Under the pieces are notes generated by a model that was given only the letters and a program-made list of their open reading frames with translations, was not told the DNA's origin and did no database searches. The position numbers and the translations under genes were made by a program. A DNA stretch of 64,000 nt from Fibrobacteria bacterium. Its GTDB lineage: Bacteria > Fibrobacterota > Fibrobacteria > UBA11236 > JADFYW01. The DNA lies in the NCBI GenBank assembly GCA_050294405.1, contig JBNKOC010000028.1:352001-416000 (forward strand). The letters run 5' to 3'. Positions 29,909 to 38,447 of the stretch are shown here, in pieces. The stretch's first letter is position 1. The number at the start of each line of letters is the position of its first letter.

Positions 29909-30337
29909 ATGAGCAAGAAAGACCTGGTTATTGACCATATTGGCATTGTGGTTAAAAATATTGAAAAGGGAATAGAACTCTGGGAAAAAAGTTTTGGCTA
30001 TAAACAAATGACCAATGTTGTAGTCAACACCAGGCAAAAAGTGAAAGTGGTCTTTCTCCAAAAAGAAAATTCCATACAAATAAAATTAATTGAGCCCTCT
30101 GAGCCATCCAGCCCCATTACCGCAAAGGCAAAGATGGGAGGGGGCCTGCATCACCTTTGCTTTCGCAGTCCGGATATGAAAGAAACACTGGTGGAACTGG
30201 AAGGCGATGGAATGAGGGTTTTAGCCCAACCGGAACCTGGAGAGGCTTTTAACAATAACGATATAGCCTTTGTTTTCGCCGGTATGGGGCTTAATGTTGA
30301 GGTGGTGGAGACTACCGAGAGAGCATCCCTTATTTAG
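29909..30337 (+). CDS. VOC-family protein, methylmalonyl-CoA epimerase-like
   Basis: IDHIGIVV, QKVKVVFL, LIEP, GGGLHHLCF and terminal VEVVE. ATG 29909 follows the upstream stop; the ORF track starts at 29897. Confidence 0.85.
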   Translation: MSKKDLVIDHIGIVVKNIEKGIELWEKSFGYKQMTNVVVNTRQKVKVVFLQKENSIQIKLIEPSEPSSPITAKAKMGGGLHHLCFRSPDMKETLVELEGDGMRVLAQPEPGEAFNNNDIAFVFAGMGLNVEVVETTERASLI

Positions 30338-31616
30338 AGTTGCTCGTTAGCTTGTGTTGTAACAAGAGGGCATCCAGCATATATTTGGTGGCCCAGTTAG
30401 GGTAACCCCAGGTCATGTAATCGCCGGTTATGGGAAAAGAACCCGCAATACATCCGTTCATGGAAGGGTTGCTGCTATCCATTTCCTGAACAACTTTTAA
30501 AAAGTTAACTCCTCTATTTGCAGCCTCTAAGTATTCTTTGCCCCCATTGTGTTCATAAAGTCGATAACATACAATGGAAAATTGGGCGCTGCCTGTGAGG
30601 CAAGAACTAAAGCAGCCCGGGCTCCAATCCTCGTAAAATCGCCCATAGTAAAAGCCGTTTTTCTTTTGGGTGGCAATTATTTTTTTAGCGGCTAACTCCA
30701 CGGCATCAATGCCTTTTTGAAAATTATCCAAAAGAGACACTTCTAAAATTCCTTGAAGGCTATAGCCGATTGTATGTAACAATGGGGCTTCGGGAATGGT
30801 GAGGCAGTTTTTGGCTATCCATCCGTTGTCTAGCATTTCACCTAGGGCCGCCTCAATATTTTTCTTGGCGGCATTTATATATTTGCCTTCATTTAAATGT
30901 TGGCCTAACTGATAGAGGGGCCAGGTACATAGGCAATTGTAGGTTTTAATTTTATCGGACTTTACAAAAACCCCGTGGCTTTGGAAATGTCCGTTTTCAT
31001 CTAAGTCGTTTACTAAAAAATCGGCTGCGGCAATAGCTCCCTTTTTTATTTTTTCATTTGGCCTGCGAATAAGGCTATCTGTAAGGCCTTGCAAAACCAT
31101 TCCCGTATTAAAAATAGCGGGAACCTGCTTATCCGCAGAGGTAAGTTTTCCTCCTTGAACCGCGCCGGAAGGCATTTGAATATCGCATTCCCATTCGGCC
31201 ATTTCAAAAGCTTGGTCGGCATAATCGCTTTTTCCGGTAAAATCGGAATATTCATATAGGCTGCGGATGATATATCCAGTAGTTTCCGGGTAGGCGGGTT
31301 CCCAACCTTCCCCAGTTTCACCCTCGCAGGGAAAATACCCATAGCTAGCTCCCTTTCGGGATGTTTTTTCGTGGCATGTTATGAGCCAATTGGCTGCGGC
31401 CTCGGCCCTTTCCAAAGTTTCACCTTCAATTGGCTTTGGCATATCGATGTAATAGTACCAATGTTCCCTAATGATTTTTTTTAAAAACTCCCTGTTGCTG
31501 CCTTTAAAGGCTTCAGCAATGCGGTTTAAGTTTTTGCCTAATCCCCAATATTTTTGTTTTAGGCTGGAACGCTGGTTCCAGTCGGCAATTATCCGCAATG
31601 TTTGTTTAACATCCAT
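30330..31616 (-). CDS. Cytoplasmic alpha/alpha-toroid-like protein of unknown function
   Basis: Repeated 'A..WL…Q..xG' helical units (QMPSGA, LDENGH, MLDNGW, QKKNGF); YPETTGY, FNTG, CLTG and YPNWATKY motifs; no signal peptide. Confidence 0.55.
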   Translation of the reverse strand: MDVKQTLRIIADWNQRSSLKQKYWGLGKNLNRIAEAFKGSNREFLKKIIREHWYYYIDMPKPIEGETLERAEAAANWLITCHEKTSRKGASYGYFPCEGETGEGWEPAYPETTGYIIRSLYEYSDFTGKSDYADQAFEMAEWECDIQMPSGAVQGGKLTSADKQVPAIFNTGMVLQGLTDSLIRRPNEKIKKGAIAAADFLVNDLDENGHFQSHGVFVKSDKIKTYNCLCTWPLYQLGQHLNEGKYINAAKKNIEAALGEMLDNGWIAKNCLTIPEAPLLHTIGYSLQGILEVSLLDNFQKGIDAVELAAKKIIATQKKNGFYYGRFYEDWSPGCFSSCLTGSAQFSIVCYRLYEHNGGKEYLEAANRGVNFLKVVQEMDSSNPSMNGCIAGSFPITGDYMTWGYPNWATKYMLDALLLQHKLTSNSK

Positions 31617-31693
31617 TTCTTAATACCTGCCTGTTTGTTGGCAATAAAAAACAATTTCCCGGTTGGGAGCCAAGGAATTTATAAAATTTTTTC

Positions 31694-33061
31694 TTAGAGC
31701 AGAGCGATTTTTTTAAGGGCCAGAACTCTATTTCCCGCTTTGATTTGAAGCAGGGCGAATCCTGGCTTTAAGCTTGGGTTCTTTTTATCCCAGTCAACAG
31801 ATAAAAGTCCGTGGCCTTCGCGAAGAACGCCGGACAATAATTTTTGACCGCTCATATCCAAAACACTCGCCTCCATAGGAGGAGAATTATCCGGCACCGA
31901 AATCCAGATTTGGGATTTAAGGGAGTGGTTCAGTTGAAGTTGCACGGGCAATTCCTTAAACCCAGTTTTTATAGGTTTTTTATTGCTCACAGGCTGGGCT
32001 TTAAACTCTGCGGGCGGTTTAAATACATAAATGTTTTCATCGGTGCGGTTGACACCCATAAAGACCTTGTACTTAGGTACATATTGAAAACGGCCGTAAG
32101 TACCGCGGGAATTAGCGGAACTTGGGGTGACATTGTTGCTGGAGGCCAGAGTCACTTTGCTCCAGCGTTCTTCCTGCAAGTCAAGAGTATATACATCGGC
32201 CCCGCCATCCCAAGCCACAAAATATCCTGAGTTAGGGTCGAAAACAAAACCAGGAGCCTGGGCGTTTTCTATTTCGGTGTCACCTGTTGTATTTAAGGAA
32301 ACGGAGCGAGTTCCGGGTTCGCGGATTGAAAAAACTCTGGTTTCCCCATTGCCTAAGATTATGTATTTGCCGTGGCCCACTGCTGCCTTATAGTAGTATT
32401 CTAGCCAACCGTCAGAGTAGGAACGGTGCCGGGTCCAGGTATCTGTTTCATCATCCCAGCTGGCGAAATCCGCATTGTTGCCCGCATCCAGTTTCCAGGC
32501 CTTTCCGGTGGCATAATCAATAGCAGAAGTGGAGCCAGTGCCATTTCCAATAACATTGTTTTTAGGTTCCCATTCATTGGTTTCAAAATTAAAACAGTGG
32601 TTTTTTGGGGTGCCCATGGCTGTAGGGTATTGCGCCGCGCCGCCAAAGGAACAAAACATATCACAGGAAGGAACGTATTGTATATAATCGTATGTATGCC
32701 TGCTTCGAGGCGTTCCGTCGGGGTACTCGCCGGAGCGTTCATCCCCGCCCACATCTTCACTGGGTTCTGTGAGGCGTTCCCATTTTAATGTTTCAATGTC
32801 AAATACATAAATTTCGTTTCCGGAATAATCTCCGTGGCCGCCACCCCAAATAATGAATCGTTCTCTTTTTGTATCATAAGCTCCCCCACTCCAGGCGTCC
32901 ATAACTGCATCAAAGCCGCTGGCATTAGGCGGAAGCGGATTTGGTTGAACTTGTTCTAACTGGGAATTGGGTATTTCGTACCATTCCCCAGGAGTTAATT
33001 CCTCGAAGATATGTCCAAAAGCCATGGAAGCCACTAGGCTCCCTAGAATAATTAGCCGCAT
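31694..33061 (-). CDS. Secreted Kelch-like beta-propeller protein with C-terminal sorting-like tail
   Basis: Signal peptide; WGGGHGDYSGNEIY, PRSRHTY and FGGA GG-blade repeats with W spacing; tail VLDMSGQKL…PGFALLQI; GGAGG RBS. Confidence 0.65.
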   Translation of the reverse strand: MRLIILGSLVASMAFGHIFEELTPGEWYEIPNSQLEQVQPNPLPPNASGFDAVMDAWSGGAYDTKRERFIIWGGGHGDYSGNEIYVFDIETLKWERLTEPSEDVGGDERSGEYPDGTPRSRHTYDYIQYVPSCDMFCSFGGAAQYPTAMGTPKNHCFNFETNEWEPKNNVIGNGTGSTSAIDYATGKAWKLDAGNNADFASWDDETDTWTRHRSYSDGWLEYYYKAAVGHGKYIILGNGETRVFSIREPGTRSVSLNTTGDTEIENAQAPGFVFDPNSGYFVAWDGGADVYTLDLQEERWSKVTLASSNNVTPSSANSRGTYGRFQYVPKYKVFMGVNRTDENIYVFKPPAEFKAQPVSNKKPIKTGFKELPVQLQLNHSLKSQIWISVPDNSPPMEASVLDMSGQKLLSGVLREGHGLLSVDWDKKNPSLKPGFALLQIKAGNRVLALKKIALL

Positions 33062-33246
33062 GATTGCCTCCCGATAAGCGCGATATGCGTTAATTTTACT
33101 TTATTTAAATTGCAAAGATCAAAGTGAATCACTTTTAATTTGCCCCCTCCATTTATTGTAGCATTATTTTTGTCCCCGAAACTAATCTGTAAAAATTGGC
33201 CTAAAAAGGCAATAATTAGGCTTACGCCAGATAAAATCAGCGAAAT

Positions 33247-35736
33247 TTAAGGGGAGGGTTCCAGCGCTTTGATTTCTCTGAGACTTACGATGCCTCCTTT
33301 TGGAATGGAAATTCCCATTTTCATGATTCCCATGGCCACATCATCCCTGCCTTTTTGATGCCAGTATTTTCCCAAAAACTCGCAGGCTTTGATTTTGAGC
33401 ATGTTCACATCCAAAGGGATAAAACTTGGGCCTTCTTCCAGATCCAAAAGCCGTTGGTAATATACATAAGCCTCTTCCCAGTTGTTAAGAAATTCCTCAA
33501 TTTTAGCTTTTACAAACAAAGCCTCTCCAAAAGGTTTTTCTTTGTTTAAGGAAAACTGAATAACCTCTTTGGCTTCCGTATACATTTTAAGCTCGCCTAA
33601 CGCAGCGGCTACCTTTATGGGCACAGCTTCCACAATATGGGGGTTGTTTCCCATGCTTTCAGCCAATTGCAGTGCTTTTTTAAATTGTTCAATAGCTTCT
33701 TTGTAATTTTTTAAATCCATATTCGCCATGGCCAAGGTGTACCAGGTGACAGCGGTTACATGGTTGTTGTCCTCAATTTGCTTCTCCAGAATGGTTTTGT
33801 TTCGCTCTTGTTTGCCAATATTGGAAAGCGGGTCTGAGTACCCCCTATGAATAATTTTTATTCTTTTGTATTCAACCTCTATTTTCGCCTCTTCCAGCGC
33901 AGGTAGGATTTGCTCGTGAATGGGAGAAGAAAACCTTAAGTCCTCCCGATTAGGAAAAAGCCGGATTTGATTAAAAATGCTGCCGGTTTTGCCTCCATCG
34001 GAGCTGTTGTGCACTAAAAAACCATAGGCCTTGGGGTTTTGCAAATTGAGGTTTTTTCTTAGGCCTGATATTAATCGCCCATCTTCTGGAGTTAGCACAT
34101 CATCGGCATCCAGCCAGAATATGTAATCCCCTGCGGCCTTTTCAATGGAATGGTTTCGGGCTTTGGAAAAGTCAAAATCCCAGGGCCTTTCAAAGACTTT
34201 TGCCCCATAGCTTTTGGCAATGTTTATGGTTCCATCACTGGAACCAGTATCTACAATTATAATTTCCTGAAAAATGTTTTTAACGGATTCCAGACAATGG
34301 CCTAAATTTTTTTCTTCATTTTTAACAATCATGCAAAGGCTAATATTGGGAAGAGTTGTGTTTGAAGTGGTTTTTTTTTCGAATACCGGACCAAATTGAA
34401 AATTTGGAATATTTGTTTTGGCCTTTTCCTGTAAATCTTCAAATTGAATTTGCTGGCCAGTTATTTGGTAGAGCTCGAGCAAATAAGTATACAATTTTGG
34501 ATTGCTTTTGGGATTGAGCTCAATTCCTTTTAATAAACTGCTTTCCGCTTCAATGTACTTCTCCAATTTGATCAGGCATAATCCCTTTTTTTCCCACGCT
34601 TCAATAATATCCGGGTAATGGCTTTCCATTTGGTTGAGAACTGGCAGCGCCTTGGCAAATTCATTTTGTTTAATGTAAATGTTAGACAAATGGTGAAAAC
34701 TGAAAATCCGAAACAAATCATATTGGTTGGCAGCCGAGCTATAGCGAAGAGGCATGTTAATTACTTTTTGATAATGGTTTTCCGCTTCCTTTAAATTGTT
34801 ACATTCCTCGGCTATTTCCCCTAAATGGAAAATAGGCTCCATTTGTTCAGGGTTTATATTGAGGGATTCCCTTAGCCACTTTTGGGCTTCGGAGTAATTT
34901 TTTAATTTTTTATACCCTATGCCGATATAAGTGGGAAGGGTGTAATAAACATCATTATTAATTTCTTTTAGGTTTGGAATTTCATAAGCCAGCTTATAGG
35001 CCCTTATCCCTTCCTCCCAATTTTCAAGAATAAAATTGGAGTCTCCAAGGCTCATGGTAAAGGTGGGATCCACTCCTGCCAGTTGCATTTCGCTTTTGGC
35101 CAGATCCAGGTTTCTTAAGGCTTTGGTTTTTTTAAGGTTTTCGTCTTCGTATCCCGTGTGGTAAATTTTGGTTTCAAGATAAAAACAATACAGCCCTAAA
35201 TCTGCCGCAGAATAAACAATTTGTTCGTGAATTTTTCTTTGGAACCGGAGTTTGGGGTGATTGGGAAACATGCGGATTTGCATGAATCTTGCTCCAACTG
35301 GTTTACCAGCCTGGGTGTTAATAACCTGAAATCCAAACATGCGGTCCATAACCGCAGTTTTTAATTTTAACAAATCAGGGACGCTCTCCTCGGGGACCCG
35401 GTCGTCCGCATCCATCCATATGACCCAACTGGATGTGGCCTTTTCAATAGCCTGATTACGAGCCAGGCTGAAATCGTTTTTCCATTCACTTTGAAACCAT
35501 TTGACTCCAAGGTTTTTTAGTAGGTCCTGAGTTCCATCGGTGGAACCTGTATCATTAACCACAATTTCATCGGCAAAGGCGCTAAAGGATTCAACAGCCT
35601 TAGCGATGTTATTCACTTCATTTTTTACAATCATCACTACCGATAAAGTATTGGCTTTGTAAGGAAGGGTTAAAGGCTTCTTAATCCTGCCAAATTTGCT
35701 CCTTAAATCGGAACCGCTGTAAAATTGATGGTCCAT
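33247..35736 (-). CDS. Double GT2 glycosyltransferase with TPR arrays
   Basis: Two copies of MIVKNE…DTGS.DGT…DFS.ARN…W(M/L)DADD…IHEQ…H.GY, each followed by TPR-like helices. Confidence 0.9.
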   Translation of the reverse strand: MDHQFYSGSDLRSKFGRIKKPLTLPYKANTLSVVMIVKNEVNNIAKAVESFSAFADEIVVNDTGSTDGTQDLLKNLGVKWFQSEWKNDFSLARNQAIEKATSSWVIWMDADDRVPEESVPDLLKLKTAVMDRMFGFQVINTQAGKPVGARFMQIRMFPNHPKLRFQRKIHEQIVYSAADLGLYCFYLETKIYHTGYEDENLKKTKALRNLDLAKSEMQLAGVDPTFTMSLGDSNFILENWEEGIRAYKLAYEIPNLKEINNDVYYTLPTYIGIGYKKLKNYSEAQKWLRESLNINPEQMEPIFHLGEIAEECNNLKEAENHYQKVINMPLRYSSAANQYDLFRIFSFHHLSNIYIKQNEFAKALPVLNQMESHYPDIIEAWEKKGLCLIKLEKYIEAESSLLKGIELNPKSNPKLYTYLLELYQITGQQIQFEDLQEKAKTNIPNFQFGPVFEKKTTSNTTLPNISLCMIVKNEEKNLGHCLESVKNIFQEIIIVDTGSSDGTINIAKSYGAKVFERPWDFDFSKARNHSIEKAAGDYIFWLDADDVLTPEDGRLISGLRKNLNLQNPKAYGFLVHNSSDGGKTGSIFNQIRLFPNREDLRFSSPIHEQILPALEEAKIEVEYKRIKIIHRGYSDPLSNIGKQERNKTILEKQIEDNNHVTAVTWYTLAMANMDLKNYKEAIEQFKKALQLAESMGNNPHIVEAVPIKVAAALGELKMYTEAKEVIQFSLNKEKPFGEALFVKAKIEEFLNNWEEAYVYYQRLLDLEEGPSFIPLDVNMLKIKACEFLGKYWHQKGRDDVAMGIMKMGISIPKGGIVSLREIKALEPSP

Positions 35737-35741
35737 GTTTT

Positions 35742-38378
35742 TTAGTTAGTGCCCTGTATTTTAATTTCAAGTTGGTCTTTTAATTTTAGCAGCTCTCCGT
35801 TCAAATTGGGAATTAGTTCGATGTCTTCAAAAGCCTGCTTAAAATTTTTATGGGAGTTTAAATATTCAGTGAAATAAAAAATTAAAGTGGGATCGTTGGG
35901 AAAATGAAAAAGAGCGTTAATATAAGTCATGTATGGATCCCCCAAATTGCTATGAGGAGGCGTTTCTTCAAGAGACTTGGCAATAAAAGCTTCTATGATT
36001 CCCGATTTGTATTGTATGGAAGAGTTTTGGGAGTAAAAGTCTAAAATTTCCTGATAGCGTTTTTGGGTAAAAAGCAGTTCCAAATAGTCTTCCCAATTTT
36101 TTAAGTCGTCGGGAAAGGCATCCAGCAATTCCAAATGGTATTTTTCCAGCTCTTCCCACAATTCAAAATGGATGTATATCTCCCTGGGCAGTTCCAAGTC
36201 AATAGGAAAATTGGAAATTCCCATTTTGCGGAGTTGAGATAATCGGGATAAAATCTCTTCTTTTTCTTTTGTGTTCCGGGACCATAAAAGTAAAACTAAC
36301 ATTCCCAGCGCATTTTTTTGTATGGTCAGGTTGTCAGAAGCTACTATAGAGATAAGGGCGGGGTTATCTGCTATATATCTGAGATGTTTGAACGCAATAT
36401 CACTATTATTTTTTTCTAAAGACCTTTTGGCCAGCCAATAATTAGAATAAAAATTTCCAGGTCCCCACTGACTGGCAATGGCGTGCCAGGATTCGCATAA
36501 ATCCAATTGATCCAACTTTTCAAAACAATTGGCGATGTGCAGTGGCAGCGATTTTAAAATGGGGTTCGATGGACTGGGGGAACTCATGTTTAAATTATGT
36601 ACAGCTAATATCTGATTGTAGATTTCCACGGCCTTGCCGTATTCTCCACGTTGGTAATAACAATTGCCAAGCTCAAGAGCTACAGCCGGTTCCTTTGGGT
36701 TTTCCAAATATTCTTTTTGAAGTAGATGGAAATTTCTCTTAAGTTTTTCGTCTCTATCTTTTTTTTCAAAGTATCCTGTATGAGTGATATTAATAGAAAC
36801 ATCTTCTATTTGAATGTTGTTTTTAAGAATAGAAGTGGCCAGTTGCTCATGAATTTTGCCTTCGAAAAATATATCGGGGTGGTTGGGGATCAATCTTATT
36901 TGAGAAAAACAATCTTTTGCACCTGTGTCTCTGGGGCTTTCGATTATAAAGCGATAAGCCTTTATATTTTCCTGTGACTCCAGGGATTGGTTAGGATTTA
37001 CTTTGGCCGGCAATTGTTGCAGTAATTGTGATATTGATAGCCAAAAATTTTCCCCTGGCCTGTCATCTGCGTCCAACCATAATATATAAGGGCGTTTTGC
37101 CTGTCTTAAAGAAAAATTCCGAGCTTCCGAAAAGTCTTGGTTCCATTTAAAGTGATGCGTGTTAATTCCTAAAATTTTTAAAATATTCAGACTGTTATCC
37201 GAGCTTCCCGTATCTACGATAACCCAATCCACACTGGGAATGGGAATTGCCTTTGCTAATTCCTTTATGTTTTTTTCTTCGTTTTTAATAATTGTGCAAA
37301 TAGACAGGCGTTTTAAGCCTGGATATTCCTGTTGGTAAAGCGAAGGAATATCTATTTTTTTTCTATCGCTGAGAGATACATCAATTTGCCTTAACAAATA
37401 TTCAGCACCTTTAAAAATGGATTTCCAATCGGTGGGAATAGTCCAGTTAAAACTTTGATGCCTAAGACATTCTTCCAGATATATTTTGGCTTCATCTAAA
37501 TGATCTGTTACTAACAATAGCTTGCCATATTCAAATAAATACTGGGGATTCTCCAGGCCCTCTTTAATATGGCTTTTAAAAAATTGCAGGCCCTCTTCAA
37601 ATTTGTTTTGAAATCCTAAAATTTGCCCGTAGTAAATATGGGAGGCTACCCATACATCCTGTTGTACATGTTTATTCTGAGCTCGGCCGATTATTTCTTT
37701 TAATAGTTTAAGGGCTTTGGGGTAATCCTTTTCAATTTGATAGGTTCTGGCAAGGGAAAAAATATTTGCGGAAAGGCATCTTCCTTCGGCATATAGCTTT
37801 TCAAGAATTTTTTTGTTACGGAGTTTTTTTTGCTCCAATATTTTCTCATTCTCATATCCGTAGTGGTAAATAGGAATGCTTTGGTGAAAAACCTTTAGGC
37901 CTTTTTTTAGTACAGACTGGGAAAGCGACTCATGGATTGCGCCATTAAACTCCAATCCCTGGAAATTTGGAAAAAGCCGTATTTGATTAAACTGGTTAAA
38001 GGAACCGTCGTCCAAGTTGGATATAATTTCAAAACTATATACATTGGTTGAATCCAGGTTGAGAAGGTTTTGTATCAGCCACTTCGCTGTTTTATCAGGC
38101 ATAACATCATCCGCATCCATCCATAGGACCCAGGATCCTTTACATTTGGAAAGGGATAAATTGCGGGCCTTGGAAAAATCCTGTTCCCACTTACTTTGCC
38201 ATATATCACAGCCAAATTTTTTGCAAAGCTCCACAGTTCGGTCTGTGCTGCCGGTATCATTTACAACTATTTGAATTTCTAAATTTTTTCTGATATGTTC
38301 CAACGAACTAAACAACTTGGGCAGGTTGTCCTGCTCATTCTTAACAATTGTGGAAATAGATAAAATGGGCTGACTCAT
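35742..38378 (-). CDS. Double GT2 glycosyltransferase with TPR arrays
   Basis: Two I(V/I)KNE…DTGS…DFS.ARN…DADD…IHE domains (aa ~5 and ~357) plus TPR-like helices. Confidence 0.9.
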   Translation of the reverse strand: MSQPILSISTIVKNEQDNLPKLFSSLEHIRKNLEIQIVVNDTGSTDRTVELCKKFGCDIWQSKWEQDFSKARNLSLSKCKGSWVLWMDADDVMPDKTAKWLIQNLLNLDSTNVYSFEIISNLDDGSFNQFNQIRLFPNFQGLEFNGAIHESLSQSVLKKGLKVFHQSIPIYHYGYENEKILEQKKLRNKKILEKLYAEGRCLSANIFSLARTYQIEKDYPKALKLLKEIIGRAQNKHVQQDVWVASHIYYGQILGFQNKFEEGLQFFKSHIKEGLENPQYLFEYGKLLLVTDHLDEAKIYLEECLRHQSFNWTIPTDWKSIFKGAEYLLRQIDVSLSDRKKIDIPSLYQQEYPGLKRLSICTIIKNEEKNIKELAKAIPIPSVDWVIVDTGSSDNSLNILKILGINTHHFKWNQDFSEARNFSLRQAKRPYILWLDADDRPGENFWLSISQLLQQLPAKVNPNQSLESQENIKAYRFIIESPRDTGAKDCFSQIRLIPNHPDIFFEGKIHEQLATSILKNNIQIEDVSINITHTGYFEKKDRDEKLKRNFHLLQKEYLENPKEPAVALELGNCYYQRGEYGKAVEIYNQILAVHNLNMSSPSPSNPILKSLPLHIANCFEKLDQLDLCESWHAIASQWGPGNFYSNYWLAKRSLEKNNSDIAFKHLRYIADNPALISIVASDNLTIQKNALGMLVLLLWSRNTKEKEEILSRLSQLRKMGISNFPIDLELPREIYIHFELWEELEKYHLELLDAFPDDLKNWEDYLELLFTQKRYQEILDFYSQNSSIQYKSGIIEAFIAKSLEETPPHSNLGDPYMTYINALFHFPNDPTLIFYFTEYLNSHKNFKQAFEDIELIPNLNGELLKLKDQLEIKIQGTN

Positions 38379-38406
38379 AACTCCCTAAAATTTGCCACAG
38401 TGGTAA

Positions 38407-38426
38407 AAGGGATATAAATATCCCTT
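38407..38426 (-). terminator. Weak hairpin or partial terminator between GT genes
   Basis: AAGGGATAT-AA-ATATCCCTT perfect inverted repeat in the 69-nt gap; only a short U run on the minus strand. Confidence 0.4.
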
Positions 38427-38447
38427 GAGCTCCATAATTTGATTATA

